From Firmicutes bacterium UBA5227 (GTDB lineage: Bacteria; Bacillota; Clostridia; Tissierellales; Sedimentibacteraceae): a DNA stretch of 64,000 nucleotides. Position numbers and translations under genes: made by a program. The notes below the pieces were generated by a model that saw only the letters and a list, made by a program, of their open reading frames with translations, was not told where the DNA came from and ran no database searches. Shown here piece after piece: positions 21,188 to 32,579 of the stretch. Each line of letters starts with the position of its first letter. The first letter of the stretch is position 1. The DNA lies in assembly GCA_002409285.1 (NCBI GenBank), contig DHUT01000088.1:11158-75157 (forward strand), written 5' to 3'.

Positions 21188-22801
21188 CTATTTTACCAGT
21201 TTTCCCCCTGACAGATCCATAGACCCATCAGCTATTATGGTTATACCTTCAATTTTATTGTTGTACGCAAAGGTATTGTCATCAACAACAAGGTATAGCA
21301 TAGGTGCATCATCCCAAACCTGTTTTTGCGCAATCTTATACTGTTCTGCTCTTTTGTCAGGATCTGCAGTTTCCAATGCTCCCTGAATTGCAGCATCAAA
21401 CACGGGGTTGCTGTAATAAGCTGCATTATATGATACAGGAGGAGCAGATTCGGTAGAAGCAAGAGGTCTTAATCCCCAGTCAGCATCTCCTGTAGATGGA
21501 GACCATCCTATTACATACATTTCAATATCAGATTCTTCGCCGGGAGTACCCACGGGATATCCCGTAACCTTATCTTCTAAAGTACCCACCTCCATGTTTT
21601 CAACATTTACAGTTACTCCTACCTGAGCCAGCTGCTGCTTAATAAACTGAGTGGCTTTAATCATTGTGGAAGTATTACTGCTCCAGAGCTTTGTTTCAAA
21701 GCCGTTTGGATATCCTGCCTCAGCAAGCAGCTGCTTAGCCTTTTCAACGTCATATTCATATGGCTTCTGTGCATCATAGAACTGCACATTTGGAGCTAAC
21801 AATGAACTCGAAGTCTTTGCAAAACCATTATAAACAATCTGAGCATATGCTTCCTTGTCTATTGCATAGTTTAACGCCTGCCTTACCTTTACATCATCAA
21901 AAGGTTTCTTCTTTGTATTCATCGTTATATAACGAGTAACAATTGACGGTCTTCTTTCCACGGTAATATTACTATTTCCTTCAAGGCTTGCAATTTGTTC
22001 AGAAGGAACAGGGAATATAAAATCTGCGTCTCCCGATTGAAGCATGGCAACTCTTGTCCCATTTTCAGTAACAGGCTTAAAGGTAACGGAAGTAAATTCC
22101 GAAGCTCCTCCCCAATAATCAGGATTTTGTTTAATAACCAACTGCTCTCCCGGAGACCAAGTGTCAAATATGTACCTTCCGGTACCAACCGGATGCTGAG
22201 ATACATCCTTGCCATATTCATCCAGTGCCTTAGGGCTGACCATTAATGCAGCAGGATGTGCAAGAGTATTTACAAAAGCACCAAATGGCTCGTTTAATGT
22301 AACCTTGACCGTATAATCGTCTATCTTTTCATTATTGGCAATCATTTTAAACAAGCTGTTTCTCTTTAATCCGAGTGTTTGATCAGCCATCCTTTTTAGG
22401 TTGACTATAGCTGCATCTGCATTGAAATCAGTTCCGTCAGAAAACTTGACTCCCTGTTTCAATTTAAATGTAAATTCCGTAGCATTATCATTTGCTGTAT
22501 AGCTTTCGGCAAGCAGCGGAATTATTTTCATATCCTTGTCAAAACCGAATAACCCCTCCATCATGGTCCTCTGAAGACCTCCTGAAAGAGTATCATTAGC
22601 ATCAAGAGGATCCATAGTAATAAAATCCACCGCAGTAGCAATTACTATGTCTGTTTTAATCTCACCCTTATTGTCTGCCTCCGTCTGAGTAGGCTTTTCA
22701 TCTGTTACAGGCGTTTTTTCTTCACTGTTCTGGCTGCAACCTCCAAGAACAAAAGAGAGAATTAACACAAACGCCATAAGTTTAATAAATTTTTTCTTCA
22801 T
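21188..22801 (-). CDS. Peptide ABC transporter substrate-binding lipoprotein (family 5, GsiB-like)
   Basis: Start set at ATG 22801 (MKKKFIKL); lipobox LGGC; HPVGTG, VRQALNYAIDK, GWSPSTGDADW. Confidence 0.9.
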   Translation of the reverse strand: MKKKFIKLMAFVLILSFVLGGCSQNSEEKTPVTDEKPTQTEADNKGEIKTDIVIATAVDFITMDPLDANDTLSGGLQRTMMEGLFGFDKDMKIIPLLAESYTANDNATEFTFKLKQGVKFSDGTDFNADAAIVNLKRMADQTLGLKRNSLFKMIANNEKIDDYTVKVTLNEPFGAFVNTLAHPAALMVSPKALDEYGKDVSQHPVGTGRYIFDTWSPGEQLVIKQNPDYWGGASEFTSVTFKPVTENGTRVAMLQSGDADFIFPVPSEQIASLEGNSNITVERRPSIVTRYITMNTKKKPFDDVKVRQALNYAIDKEAYAQIVYNGFAKTSSSLLAPNVQFYDAQKPYEYDVEKAKQLLAEAGYPNGFETKLWSSNTSTMIKATQFIKQQLAQVGVTVNVENMEVGTLEDKVTGYPVGTPGEESDIEMYVIGWSPSTGDADWGLRPLASTESAPPVSYNAAYYSNPVFDAAIQGALETADPDKRAEQYKIAQKQVWDDAPMLYLVVDDNTFAYNNKIEGITIIADGSMDLSGGKLVK

Positions 22802-22888
22802 TTCTTTCTCCTCTAAATTATATTTGCAAGGAATCATTACAGCATCAACATTCCTTATTCGAGCTACAGCCTTGCAATCTATTTGTTC

Positions 22889-22904
22889 GCATTTTAAATA
22901 CCAA
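22889..22904 (-). promoter_or_regulatory. Candidate sigma54 (-24/-12) promoter for the peptide ABC operon
   Basis: Minus strand TTGGTATTTAAAATGC has GG-N10-GC spacing ~90 nt upstream of the ATG; imperfect match to TGGCAC-N5-TTGC. Confidence 0.35.
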
Positions 22905-23026
22905 ATTAGGATGCTGTATGCAAATCGCGTATAAATATTATAATATTTAGATAATTATAATCTTAGTATCCAGGATTGTCAAGTTTTTAATTCTACATAT
23001 TTTAGGTTATTATATAAAAGAACAAC

Positions 23027-23060
23027 AAAAAAATTGCCGGATAATAACCGGCAATTTTTT
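23027..23060. terminator. Symmetric intrinsic terminator after rubrerythrin
   Basis: A-tract-ttgccgg / ccggcaa-T-tract. Confidence 0.85.
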
Positions 23061-23070
23061 GTTCTTTATT

Positions 23071-23610
23071 TTAATATGCTTTTGTATATAGCTCGAAATG
23101 AGCCTGGGGATGTGCACAAACCGGACAAACCTTTGGAGCTTCTTTTCCATAATGTACATAGCCGCAATTGTTGCATATCCATACAGTATCGCTGTCTTCT
23201 CTTTTAAATACCTTTCCTGTTTTTATATTATCCAGTAAAGCCAGGTATCTTTCTTCGTGACCTTTTTCTATTTTTCCAACGCCCTCAAATAAACGAGCTA
23301 TTTCTTTAAAGCCCTCTTCTTTTGCTTCCTTGGCGAAATTTGCATACATATCTGTCCATTCATAATGTTCGCCGGCTGCTGCATCTTCCAGATTTAACGG
23401 AGTTTCACCAATTCCGTCATGTAAAAGCTTAAACCAGATTTTAGCATGTTCTCTTTCATTTCTTGCAGTTTCTTCGAAATACTTACTTATTTGCACATAA
23501 CCGTCTTTTTTAGCCTGGTTCTGATAGTATGTATATTTTACATGTGCCTGTGATTCTCCTGCAAATGCAGTCATTAAATTTTGTTCTGTTTTACTTCCTT
23601 TTAATTCCAT
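23071..23610 (-). CDS. rbr: Rubrerythrin
   Basis: AFAGESQA, two ExxH di-iron motifs, C-terminal CNNC/CPVC rubredoxin-like domain. Confidence 0.95.
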   Translation of the reverse strand: MELKGSKTEQNLMTAFAGESQAHVKYTYYQNQAKKDGYVQISKYFEETARNEREHAKIWFKLLHDGIGETPLNLEDAAAGEHYEWTDMYANFAKEAKEEGFKEIARLFEGVGKIEKGHEERYLALLDNIKTGKVFKREDSDTVWICNNCGYVHYGKEAPKVCPVCAHPQAHFELYTKAY

Positions 23611-23763
23611 AAGTACACCTCATCTTTAAATTTATTTATCCTTAAAGCCAAAGCCTCGGATACTGATTAACTGATAATAGTCAGGTAATAATATAATAAA
23701 GCTTTAAGCCCATATATTATTGCCGTAAACTCAACAATTTATATATACCCGCAATTTTCTGCT

Positions 23764-24009
23764 TTAATCATTAATTATGCTGTACATTTCTTTATAATCA
23801 TCCTTCATCACATGTTCAAGAACTTGTTCAACTTTAATTTTCATTGGCTTTGACCCAAAAATTATTTCTATTTCATCACCTGTGTTTACTTCTGTGCCGG
23901 GTTTTGCCTCTTTTCCGTTCACAAGAACCCTTCCCTGTTCGCATGCTTCCTTGGCTACAGTTCTTCTCTTGATTATGTGTGCATTTTTTAAATATTTATC
24001 TACTCTCAT
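23764..24009 (-). CDS. S4-domain RNA-binding protein (YabO/RqcP, Hsp15-like)
   Basis: MRVDKYLK, IIKRRTVAKEAC. Confidence 0.9.
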   Translation of the reverse strand: MRVDKYLKNAHIIKRRTVAKEACEQGRVLVNGKEAKPGTEVNTGDEIEIIFGSKPMKIKVEQVLEHVMKDDYKEMYSIIND

Positions 24010-24047
24010 AATACACCTCTGCTTTAATTTGGTTCTAACCTTAGTTA

Positions 24048-25115
24048 TTACTCTACATCCTTAAGTTTTTCCGCCTGATCAGAAGTTATCAGTGCATCAA
24101 GCATTTCCGCAATGTCTCCGTCCAGAAAAGAGTCCAGTTTGTAAAGAGTCATCCCGATTCTGTGGTCTGTCACCCTGCCCTGAGGAAAATTATAAGTTCT
24201 GATTCTTTCACTTCTGTCACCGGAACCAACCTGACTTTTTCTTGCATCTGCCAGCTCTGCATGCTGTTCCTGCTGGTATAAATCATACAGTCTTGCTTTC
24301 AATACTTTGAATGCCTTGTCTTTGTTTTTAAGCTGACTTTTCTCATCCTGACAGGAAATAACTATACCTGTAGGAATATGTGTGAGCCTTACGGCAGAGT
24401 CGGTTGTATTTACGCACTGTCCGCCATGCCCCGATGAACGGAACACATCAACCCTTACATCATTTGGATCAATTTCAATATCAATATCATCCACTTCGGG
24501 CAGAACCGCAACAGTCGCCGATGAAGTATGAATACGTCCGCTGGATTCAGTTTCAGGAACACGCTGAACCCTGTGAACGCCGCTTTCGTATTTTAATTTC
24601 GAATAAGCACCCTTTCCCTTTATAGAAAATATTGCTTCCTTGTAACCGCCGATTCCCTGATCGTTAACAGAAATAAATTCTGTCTTCCAGCCCTGCCTTT
24701 CTGCATAACGCAAATACATCCTCAACAAGTCTCCGGCAAAAAGACCTGCTTCATCCCCACCTACACCTGCTCTTATTTCAACGATAACATCCTTGTCATC
24801 GTTGGGGTCCTTAGGCAGAAGAAGTATTTTTATTTCCTGCATCAATTCTTCTTCTCGTGTGGTAAGTTCCTTAACTTCTTCTTTTACCATTTCTCTGAAA
24901 TCATCATCAAGTTTTTCATTAAGCATTGCCTTTGAATCTTCAAGCTGTGAAACTAAATCTTCGTATTCGTTGTATTTTGAAACTATTGGCTCAAGCTGGG
25001 CCTGTTCCTTCATTAGTTTTTGAAGCTTCTGCGAATCACTGAGTGTTTCAGGGTCCGATATCTTTTCACTGAGCTCTATATATTTATCTTTTAAAGCACC
25101 TAATTTTTCTAACAT
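24048..25115 (-). CDS. prfA: Peptide chain release factor 1
   Basis: GGQ motif ([10 protein letters not shown]), PxT motif (VPET), [10 protein letters not shown]. Confidence 0.97.
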   Translation of the reverse strand: MLEKLGALKDKYIELSEKISDPETLSDSQKLQKLMKEQAQLEPIVSKYNEYEDLVSQLEDSKAMLNEKLDDDFREMVKEEVKELTTREEELMQEIKILLLPKDPNDDKDVIVEIRAGVGGDEAGLFAGDLLRMYLRYAERQGWKTEFISVNDQGIGGYKEAIFSIKGKGAYSKLKYESGVHRVQRVPETESSGRIHTSSATVAVLPEVDDIDIEIDPNDVRVDVFRSSGHGGQCVNTTDSAVRLTHIPTGIVISCQDEKSQLKNKDKAFKVLKARLYDLYQQEQHAELADARKSQVGSGDRSERIRTYNFPQGRVTDHRIGMTLYKLDSFLDGDIAEMLDALITSDQAEKLKDVE

Positions 25116-25177
25116 TTATTTACCTTCCTGTTTTTAATTTGCGAATTTATTTTCAGCTATTGCATAAATTTAAACCG

Positions 25178-26038
25178 CTACAAGAACCCTGTGACAACTC
25201 TGTCGTTTCCACCCAGATCTTTGTCATATTCTATGAGATTAAATAAATTGGAATTGCTTAATATTTCAATCACCGCATCTTTCTCATTATAACCGATTTC
25301 CACTGCAAGTACAGCACCTTTTTCATGGATTTTTTCAAACACTTTAATTATCTGCCTATAATAATCCAAGCCATCCTTTCCGCCATCCAAAGCAAGTTTA
25401 GGTTCATAAGCAGAAACTTCCTCAGGAAGCGAAGGTATTACATTGCTTTCAATGTAAGGTGGATTTGAAACTACAATCATATATTTTTGATTTTCAAAAT
25501 CATAATTAAATATATCTCCTTTAACAGCCTTAACATTCTTCAGTCCATGTTTTTTTATATTTATATTTGATACTTCTATTGCTGTATCACTGATATCCAT
25601 AAGAGTTACCATAGAACCTTTTAAATAATACCCCAGGCTAACTCCAATTGCTCCGCTTCCTGTGCCAATATCAAGTATATTAATATATTTATCTTTTAAT
25701 GAGCCTGAATTTACAATATTAATGATTTTTTCAACTAAAATTTCAGTATCCGGCCTTGGAACAAGAATTCCCTCACAAACATAAAAATCAAGACCCATAA
25801 ATTCCTGAGAATTAGTCATATACTGAAGAGGATAGCCTTCATTTCTCTTTGATGCCATTTCATAAAACTTTTCTGCTGTATAATCATCTATTTCATCCTT
25901 TCCATGACAATGCAAATAAATCCTGTCTTTTTTAAGCAGGTGAGACAAGATTAATTGCACATCAAGAAAAGGATTGTTAAATTCCCTTTGCCTGATGATT
26001 TCCGTCCCATCCTTCAGCAATTTTTCGATTGTTACCAT
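25178..26038 (-). CDS. prmC: Release factor glutamine methyltransferase
   Basis: LVPRPDTE, DIGTGSG, SNPPY, DGGKDGL. Confidence 0.95.
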   Translation of the reverse strand: MVTIEKLLKDGTEIIRQREFNNPFLDVQLILSHLLKKDRIYLHCHGKDEIDDYTAEKFYEMASKRNEGYPLQYMTNSQEFMGLDFYVCEGILVPRPDTEILVEKIINIVNSGSLKDKYINILDIGTGSGAIGVSLGYYLKGSMVTLMDISDTAIEVSNINIKKHGLKNVKAVKGDIFNYDFENQKYMIVVSNPPYIESNVIPSLPEEVSAYEPKLALDGGKDGLDYYRQIIKVFEKIHEKGAVLAVEIGYNEKDAVIEILSNSNLFNLIEYDKDLGGNDRVVTGFL

Positions 26039-26976
26039 GTATCATCTTCTCCATTTTGAGGTATGACTCTTTCCATAGCAGCAATTGCCACTTCCATCAT
26101 GGAATCATCAGGCTCACTGGTAGTAATTTTTTGAATTTGAAAACCGGGGTATGTTATAATTTTTGTAAATATATTTTCGCTGTCACACCCACCAACGTAC
26201 CTGTTCAGCTCGTAAGAAATTCCCGCAATAATGGGCAGCATCGCAAGCCTGATAACAAGCCTCATGAGAGGATTAGGCCAACCGAAAAATGAAAAAACGA
26301 TTATGCTTATAAGCATGACATTAATCATGAAGCTGGTTCCGCATCTTGGATGCAGTCTGGAATATTTTCTTACATTATCAACTGTCAGTTCTTCGCCGTG
26401 CTCATAGCAGTGTATGGTCTTATGCTCGGCACCGTGGTACATAAACACTCTTTTAATATCATTCATTTTAGATACCAAGTACACATACAACACGAACAAC
26501 GCAACTCTGATTACACCTTCAACAAGGTTTAATGCAACAGTATTTTTAATTAAACTCCTTAAAGCATTTGTAAGGAGTGTGGGACCTAAAATAAATATAA
26601 CCACAGAAAATACAAGTGCAATTACTACAGAAGCATAGATTATTGCCGTGTCAGCCTTATCTTTAAACACTTTTTTGAGAAATCTGTCAAGAGCATCCTC
26701 TTCAATATCCTCACCATAAAATTCAGCCGAATACATTAATTCCTTCACTCCGTTTATCAGCGAATCAATAAGAACAAAGCTTCCTCTTATTAGTGGCAGC
26801 TTAAAAAATTTATTCTTAAAAATCGGATTTATCTGACTTTCTTTTATTTCAATTTCACCATCAGGCTTTCTGACAGCAGTTGCAATTTTATCTGGGCCCT
26901 TCATCATTATTCCTTCCATAAGAGCCTGACCGCCAATGCTGGTTTTTTTAACCTCTTTTTCTACTATATCACTCAT
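26032..26976 (-). CDS. DUF1385/YqhQ-like membrane protein
   Basis: GGQALMEG, YHGAEHK, HPRCGTSF; usual neighbour of prmC. Confidence 0.88.
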   Translation of the reverse strand: MSDIVEKEVKKTSIGGQALMEGIMMKGPDKIATAVRKPDGEIEIKESQINPIFKNKFFKLPLIRGSFVLIDSLINGVKELMYSAEFYGEDIEEDALDRFLKKVFKDKADTAIIYASVVIALVFSVVIFILGPTLLTNALRSLIKNTVALNLVEGVIRVALFVLYVYLVSKMNDIKRVFMYHGAEHKTIHCYEHGEELTVDNVRKYSRLHPRCGTSFMINVMLISIIVFSFFGWPNPLMRLVIRLAMLPIIAGISYELNRYVGGCDSENIFTKIITYPGFQIQKITTSEPDDSMMEVAIAAMERVIPQNGEDDTW

Positions 26977-27231
26977 CGTGTCCCCTTTTCCTATATAATA
27001 TCAATTCACTCTAAATATTTCACATAATGTAAATCAATAAATACTAATTCTATGTTTTTGACAAATATTGTCCGGATTTTAAAATTATCAGTACAAATAC
27101 AATATACGTATTCAATGTATTATACAATTAATAATAAAATTCTTCAAGTTTTTGTTTGATTTCAAAATAATAAGCTTTGTAATTTTACATCACAAAGCTT
27201 AATGTTTGATTAATCAATTTCATCTCGCAGT

Positions 27232-27705
27232 CTAACTTACCTCAAGTATTTCATATGCCACAATGCCGCCGGGGGAAGTAACATTAATTTTTTCTCCCTT
27301 TTTCTTTCCTAAAAGCTCTGAGCCCAAAGGGGATAAATTCGATATTTTTCCCGCAACCGGGTCCGCCTCTGTAGCTCCTACTATACTATATTCAAGTATT
27401 TCATCAAATTCTATGTCTCTTATTTTTACACTGCTTCCAATCTGAACAGTATCTCTGTCTTTTTCGTTATGCTTTACAACCTTTGAATGCTTAATTGTAT
27501 GCTCCAGAACAATTATTCTTGATTCATTTTTATTTTGTTCTTCCTTTGACTCATGATACTCGGCATTTTCACTTAGGTCACCTTCCTTCAGGGCACCTTT
27601 GATCCTCTCGGAAATTTCATATCTAAGCTTTGTCTTTCTATATTCAAGTTCGTCAATAAGTTCCTGGTAACCAGCTTCGGTAACCAATATTTCTTTATTA
27701 TCCAT
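27232..27705 (-). CDS. greA: Transcription elongation factor GreA
   Basis: GDLSENAEY, ISNLSPLG, PGG. Confidence 0.96.
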   Translation of the reverse strand: MDNKEILVTEAGYQELIDELEYRKTKLRYEISERIKGALKEGDLSENAEYHESKEEQNKNESRIIVLEHTIKHSKVVKHNEKDRDTVQIGSSVKIRDIEFDEILEYSIVGATEADPVAGKISNLSPLGSELLGKKKGEKINVTSPGGIVAYEILEVS

Positions 27706-27896
27706 CTTCCTCGCCTACCATTACAGCCATTATATGTTAGTAATACATAATCTTTGGCAATTTTTAATTATTACTATACATTATACACTATAATAAAAAA
27801 AATTCAATACAAAAAAACACATAAAAAATGTTTTTTATGTGTTTTTGCATCAATTTTAAACTGCTGTATGGCAGCCTGCACTGTCACTTATTGTGT

Positions 27897-28919
27897 TTAC
27901 AGTACTTTATATATCCATCCTTCAGGAGCTTTTACATCGCCCATTTGTATTCCATACAATGTGTCATACAATTTCTTTGTTACAGGTCCGACTTCTTTCT
28001 CACTGTGGAACACATGTAATTTCCCATTGTATTGAATTCCGCCGATAGGAGTTATAACGGCGGCAGTTCCGCAGGCACCAGCTTCTTTAAATATGTCGAG
28101 CTTATCTATATATACTTCTGTTTCAATTGCTTCCATACCTAAATAATCCTTTGCAACCTGCATCAGAGAAATTCTTGTGATACTTGGAAGTATTGATGAA
28201 GATTTAGGAGTTATGAATTTATCATCCTTAGTAATACCAAAAAAGTTAGCTGCTCCGACTTCATCTATTTTTGTATGGGTTGCCGGGTCAAGATAAATGC
28301 AGTCAGCAAATCCTTTTTCTATTGCTTCGTGATGTGAATGCAAACTTGCTGCATAGTTTCCGCCGACTTTAATTTTTCCCGTACCGTGGGGGGCTGCTCT
28401 GTCCTCGTCGGTTGTTGTGAAGTTAACAGGATTCATGCCGCCTTTAAAATAAGGACCTACAGGCGTACAGAAAATACTGAATATATATTCTTGCGCAGGT
28501 TTTACTCCTACATTATCTCCTATTCCTATTACATATGGTCTTAAGTATAGTGTTGCTCCCGAGCCATATGGAGGTACCCAGGCTTCATTCGCTTTAACAA
28601 CCTGCATGCATGCATCTACAAATTTATCTACGGGAACCTTAGGCATCATTACTCTCTCGCAGCTTGTTTGCATACGCTTAGCATTTTCATCCGGTCTGAA
28701 AAGCTGAATTCCACCGTCTTTAGTGCTGTAAGCCTTTAACCCTTCAAAACATTCCTGTCCATAATGCAGACATGTCGAGCCTTCACTTATTGTTATCTTA
28801 TTATCTTCAACAAGCTGACCGTCATCCCACTTGCCATCTTTCCAGTAAGATATGTACCTTTTGTCAGTCTTAATGTAGCTAAAACCAAGTTCAGACCATT
28901 TAATGTCCTTTTTTTGCAT
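27897..28919 (-). CDS. ilvE: Branched-chain amino acid aminotransferase
   Basis: [48 protein letters not shown]. Confidence 0.96.
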   Translation of the reverse strand: MQKKDIKWSELGFSYIKTDKRYISYWKDGKWDDGQLVEDNKITISEGSTCLHYGQECFEGLKAYSTKDGGIQLFRPDENAKRMQTSCERVMMPKVPVDKFVDACMQVVKANEAWVPPYGSGATLYLRPYVIGIGDNVGVKPAQEYIFSIFCTPVGPYFKGGMNPVNFTTTDEDRAAPHGTGKIKVGGNYAASLHSHHEAIEKGFADCIYLDPATHTKIDEVGAANFFGITKDDKFITPKSSSILPSITRISLMQVAKDYLGMEAIETEVYIDKLDIFKEAGACGTAAVITPIGGIQYNGKLHVFHSEKEVGPVTKKLYDTLYGIQMGDVKAPEGWIYKVL

Positions 28920-29199
28920 TTCATCTTCCTCCTAAAATATTAAGATACTAATTCACATTAATATTTTCCTTGAAGTGAATTAGTGCATACTGTTTCCTTA
29001 CGTTGCGGACAAATATTTATTCGCATTTTAAAATTGAAACAATACTACATAATATAAGTATAACCCCTGTTGTACTGTTTTTCAAGTTCAAAAATAAAAA
29101 CCCTTCCATTTAAAAATAATCTTTATGATTTGTTAAAATAATTACAACATATATAAGATAGAGTTGCCACCATGAATCGTCAATAGCTTTTCAGAAAGT

Positions 29200-29235
29200 A
29201 AAAAAATTGCCGCGATAGATTTACCGCGGCATTAA
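29200..29235 (-). terminator. Intrinsic terminator downstream of tdh-kbl
   Basis: tgccgcg/cgcggca stem followed by a T-tract on the minus strand. Confidence 0.8.
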
Positions 29236-29279
29236 TAACTATTAAATTATAATCAGGCTTATAATACTGTTAAGTTAGC

Positions 29280-29423
29280 TTAGCTTGCATTTTCAGCTCT
29301 TGGCACGATAAATTTCTTAATGATGAATAATGTGCCTATCATTAATACAAGTACTATTGGGAATACCACAAAAGCATTTTGAATGAACCCTGCAATGAGG
29401 AAACCTATAGCAGAAAATACCAT
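29280..29423 (-). pseudogene. 47-codon hydrophobic ORF resembling the C-terminal helices of an NhaC-family transporter (remnant)
   Basis: MVFSAIGFLIAGFIQNAFVVFPIVLVLMIGTLFIIKKFIVPRAENAS; no clear RBS; family resemblance is from memory, not a search. Confidence 0.45.
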
Positions 29424-29494
29424 TACAAATCAAGTTCAAAAAAACTGTGTTATTAAGAAACAGTCTTTACACTTTGTCAAAATAATTGCAGCAA

Positions 29495-30679
29495 TTAAAT
29501 TCCCAGCTCTTCTTTTACTTCCCTGAAAGCGTTTAAAGCAAAATCTAAATCCTCTTTGCTGTGACCGGCTGATATTTGTGTCCTTATTCTTGCTTTTCCT
29601 TTAGGAACAACAGGATAATAGAAGCCTACAGCATAAACTCCCTTTTTTAGAAGCCTTTCAGCCATTTTCTGTGATAAAACAGCGTCTCCAAGCATTATGG
29701 GAACTATGGGATGCTCACCTTCTATGATTGTAAGTCCGATTTTTTTAATTTCCTGTCTGAAATATTTTGTGTTTTCTTCGAGCTTATCTCTATACTTTGT
29801 GCTATCCATAAGCATTTCAAGCACCTTTATTGATGCACCGGCTATTGCGGGTGCCAATGTGTTTGAAAACAGGTAGGGTCTTGAGCGCTGTCTCAGCAAG
29901 TCAATTATTTCTTTTCTTCCGCTGGTATATCCGCCGCTGGCACCGCCTAAAGCTTTACCCAGAGTACCGGTTATAATGTCTACCCGACCCATTACATCTC
30001 TGTATTCGTGGGTACCCCTTCCTGTCTTGCCGACAAATCCCACCGCATGACTATCGTCAACCATTACAATAGCATTGTATCTATCGGCTAAATCACATAT
30101 TCCCTTCAAATCTGCTATTATTCCGTCCATTGAAAAAACGCCGTCTGTAGCAATAACCTTTATTTTTGCTCCATCCTTGTCAGCCTGTATAAGCTGCTCC
30201 TCCAAAGAAGCCATGTCATTGTTCTTATACCTGTATTTTTTTGCCCTGGCAAGCCTTACTCCGTCAATAATGGACGCATGATTTAATTCATCACTGATTA
30301 TTGCATCATCTTCTGTTGTGATTGTTTCAAACAGTCCTCCGTTGGCATCAAAGCAGGAAGAATATAAAATTGTGTCTTCCATCTGCAAAAATTCGCTTAT
30401 TTTTTCTTCCAGCTGCTTATGAATTTCCTGTGTGCCGCAAATAAATCTTACAGATGAAAGTCCGTACCCCCATGTATCATAGGCAGTTTTTGCAGCTTCA
30501 ATGACTTCCTTGTTATCTGCAAGACCTAAATAATTGTTTGCACACATATTCAAAACTCCGTTGACCTTTGTTGTATTAATTCTGCTGCTTTGGGGTGTTG
30601 TGATTATTCTTTCGTCCTTCCAAAGTCCGCTGTCCTTAATATCCTTTAAAATGTCTGAATAATGTTGTTTATTATACAT
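29495..30679 (-). CDS. kbl: Glycine C-acetyltransferase (2-amino-3-ketobutyrate CoA ligase)
   Basis: [47 protein letters not shown]. Confidence 0.96.
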   Translation of the reverse strand: MYNKQHYSDILKDIKDSGLWKDERIITTPQSSRINTTKVNGVLNMCANNYLGLADNKEVIEAAKTAYDTWGYGLSSVRFICGTQEIHKQLEEKISEFLQMEDTILYSSCFDANGGLFETITTEDDAIISDELNHASIIDGVRLARAKKYRYKNNDMASLEEQLIQADKDGAKIKVIATDGVFSMDGIIADLKGICDLADRYNAIVMVDDSHAVGFVGKTGRGTHEYRDVMGRVDIITGTLGKALGGASGGYTSGRKEIIDLLRQRSRPYLFSNTLAPAIAGASIKVLEMLMDSTKYRDKLEENTKYFRQEIKKIGLTIIEGEHPIVPIMLGDAVLSQKMAERLLKKGVYAVGFYYPVVPKGKARIRTQISAGHSKEDLDFALNAFREVKEELGI

Positions 30680-30700
30680 AATCTCTCCTTCCGTCTATAA

Positions 30701-31744
30701 TTACTTTTTCTCGGTCCAGTCTAAAATAACTTTCCCAGATTTTCCGCTTATCATAGCTTCAAAGCCTTTTTCAAATTCCGTATAGTGATATCTATGGGTT
30801 ATAATCGGTGCAATATCCAACCCCGACTTTATCATTGCCTGCATCTTGTACCAGGTTTCAAACATTTCCCTGCCGTAAATTCCCTTTATCTGCAGTCCGT
30901 TAAACACAACTTTGTTCCAGTCAATTGATGTGTTTGTTTCCTGAAGTCCAAGCAATGCGATTTTACCGCCGTGGGTCATATTATCAATCATCTGATTCAG
31001 AGCAACATCATTTCCGGACATTTCCATGCCCACATCAAAACCTTCCCTCATACCAAGCTCAGCCATCACATCCCGGAGATTTTCATTTCTTGTATTAACC
31101 GTTCTGAAGTTTCCCAATTTTTTTGCAAGTTCCAGCCTGTTATCATTAACATCTGTCACAACTACAAACCTTGCTCCGGCAAATCTTGCAATTGCTGCTG
31201 CCATGATTCCTATTGGTCCTGCCCCGGTAATAAGCACATCTTCTCCAAGTACATCAAAAGATAATGCCGTATGAGCAGCATTTCCAAAGGGATCAAAAAT
31301 ACTGTAAAGCTCCTCAGGTATTGACTTGTCACAAAGCCATATGTTTGTAGCAGGTAATGTCACATATTCTGAAAATATTCCTGTTCTGTTAACTCCAACT
31401 CCCTTGGTATCTTTGCACAAATGTCTCTTTCCGGCAAGACAGTTTCTGCATTTCCCGCAAACTATATGTCCTTCGCCTGAAACAAGATCACCCGCCTGCA
31501 AATCTTTTACACCTTTTCCGACTTCCACGATTTCGCCCACAAATTCATGACCTATTGTCATTGGAACAGGTATTGTTTCCTGAGCCCATTTATTCCATAC
31601 ATAAATATGCACGTCTGTCCCACATATTGCAGTTTTATGTATTTTTACAAGAACCTCTCCTTCTCCTGCAACAGGTACTTCAACTTGTTCCAACCATAAT
31701 CCGGGTTCCCTGAACTTTTTTACAAGGGCATCCATTTTAGCCAT
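30701..31744 (-). CDS. tdh: L-threonine 3-dehydrogenase
   Basis: CGTDVH, GHE, CGKCRNC, GAGPIG, GIYGRE; adjacent to kbl; start set at 31744. Confidence 0.96.
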   Translation of the reverse strand: MAKMDALVKKFREPGLWLEQVEVPVAGEGEVLVKIHKTAICGTDVHIYVWNKWAQETIPVPMTIGHEFVGEIVEVGKGVKDLQAGDLVSGEGHIVCGKCRNCLAGKRHLCKDTKGVGVNRTGIFSEYVTLPATNIWLCDKSIPEELYSIFDPFGNAAHTALSFDVLGEDVLITGAGPIGIMAAAIARFAGARFVVVTDVNDNRLELAKKLGNFRTVNTRNENLRDVMAELGMREGFDVGMEMSGNDVALNQMIDNMTHGGKIALLGLQETNTSIDWNKVVFNGLQIKGIYGREMFETWYKMQAMIKSGLDIAPIITHRYHYTEFEKGFEAMISGKSGKVILDWTEKK

Positions 31745-31785
31745 ACAACTCACCTTCCTTATATAAAAACGTTTCTCTAAAATAA

Positions 31786-31814
31786 ATAATACTCCACATT
31801 TGTTTTTAAGTCAA
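31786..31814 (-). promoter_or_regulatory. SigA-type promoter for tdh-kbl
   Basis: TTGACT-N17-TATTAT on the minus strand. Confidence 0.6.
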
Positions 31815-31880
31815 GAGCCAAATAAACAATTTGTTTACATTTCATAAACAAAATTAAGACATGATTTTACATGCTTCAGC

Positions 31881-32570
31881 TTACATAATTCTTTTAAGTT
31901 TAAAATCCATATAATCACTTGAAATGCAGTGAACCGCTATGTTTTCAATCACTCCTTCCCTTACGTTTTTATGACCTTCTTCACCATGAAGGTGCCCATA
32001 TATGCATGTTTCCGGATGAAACTCACTTAATATTTTAAAGAATTCATTAGGAAGTCCGTCATTGTCAAATGGCGGATAATGCAGCATAACTATTAATGTA
32101 TTATTGCTGTTTTTAACCGATTTTAGAGAAATTTTCAGTCTGTTCATTTCCCTTAAATATATCCTTTCATTGGAAAACCCTTCCGAATGTTCTTCCATGG
32201 TATCCCAGCCTCTTGTACCGCAGATAGATACGCCGTCACACTCATAGCTGTTGTTCTTTAAAAACTTAATTGACTTTAACCCAAGACTGTCTAATTTATT
32301 TGATGTAGACCACCAGTAATCATGATTCCCCTTACCAATAATTTTTGTTCCCGGAAGTTCGTCAATTTTTTTCAAATCAATAAGCGCATCATCAAGTTTA
32401 GTTGCCCAGGATATATCACCCGGTACTAAAACTAAATCATCTGTTGATACAGTTTCTTTCCAGTTTTTCATTATTTTTTCTTCATGGTCAATCCAATTAT
32501 CACCGAATATATTCATTGGTTTTTCTTTTTTACCGTCAAAATGCAAATCGGCTATAGCAAAAATTTTCAT
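31881..32570 (-). CDS. Calcineurin-like metallophosphoesterase
   Basis: All five motifs intact: DLH, GD, GNHD, H, GHLH. Confidence 0.9.
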   Translation of the reverse strand: MKIFAIADLHFDGKKEKPMNIFGDNWIDHEEKIMKNWKETVSTDDLVLVPGDISWATKLDDALIDLKKIDELPGTKIIGKGNHDYWWSTSNKLDSLGLKSIKFLKNNSYECDGVSICGTRGWDTMEEHSEGFSNERIYLREMNRLKISLKSVKNSNNTLIVMLHYPPFDNDGLPNEFFKILSEFHPETCIYGHLHGEEGHKNVREGVIENIAVHCISSDYMDFKLKRIM

Positions 32571-32579
32571 ACGCTGTCC

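Noticed and set aside
29130-29201. CodY-like (gcttttcagaaagta) and Rex-like (ttgttaaaataattacaa) boxes upstream of ilvE
   Set aside because: Four and two mismatches respectively in very AT-rich DNA; not distinguishable from chance by eye.
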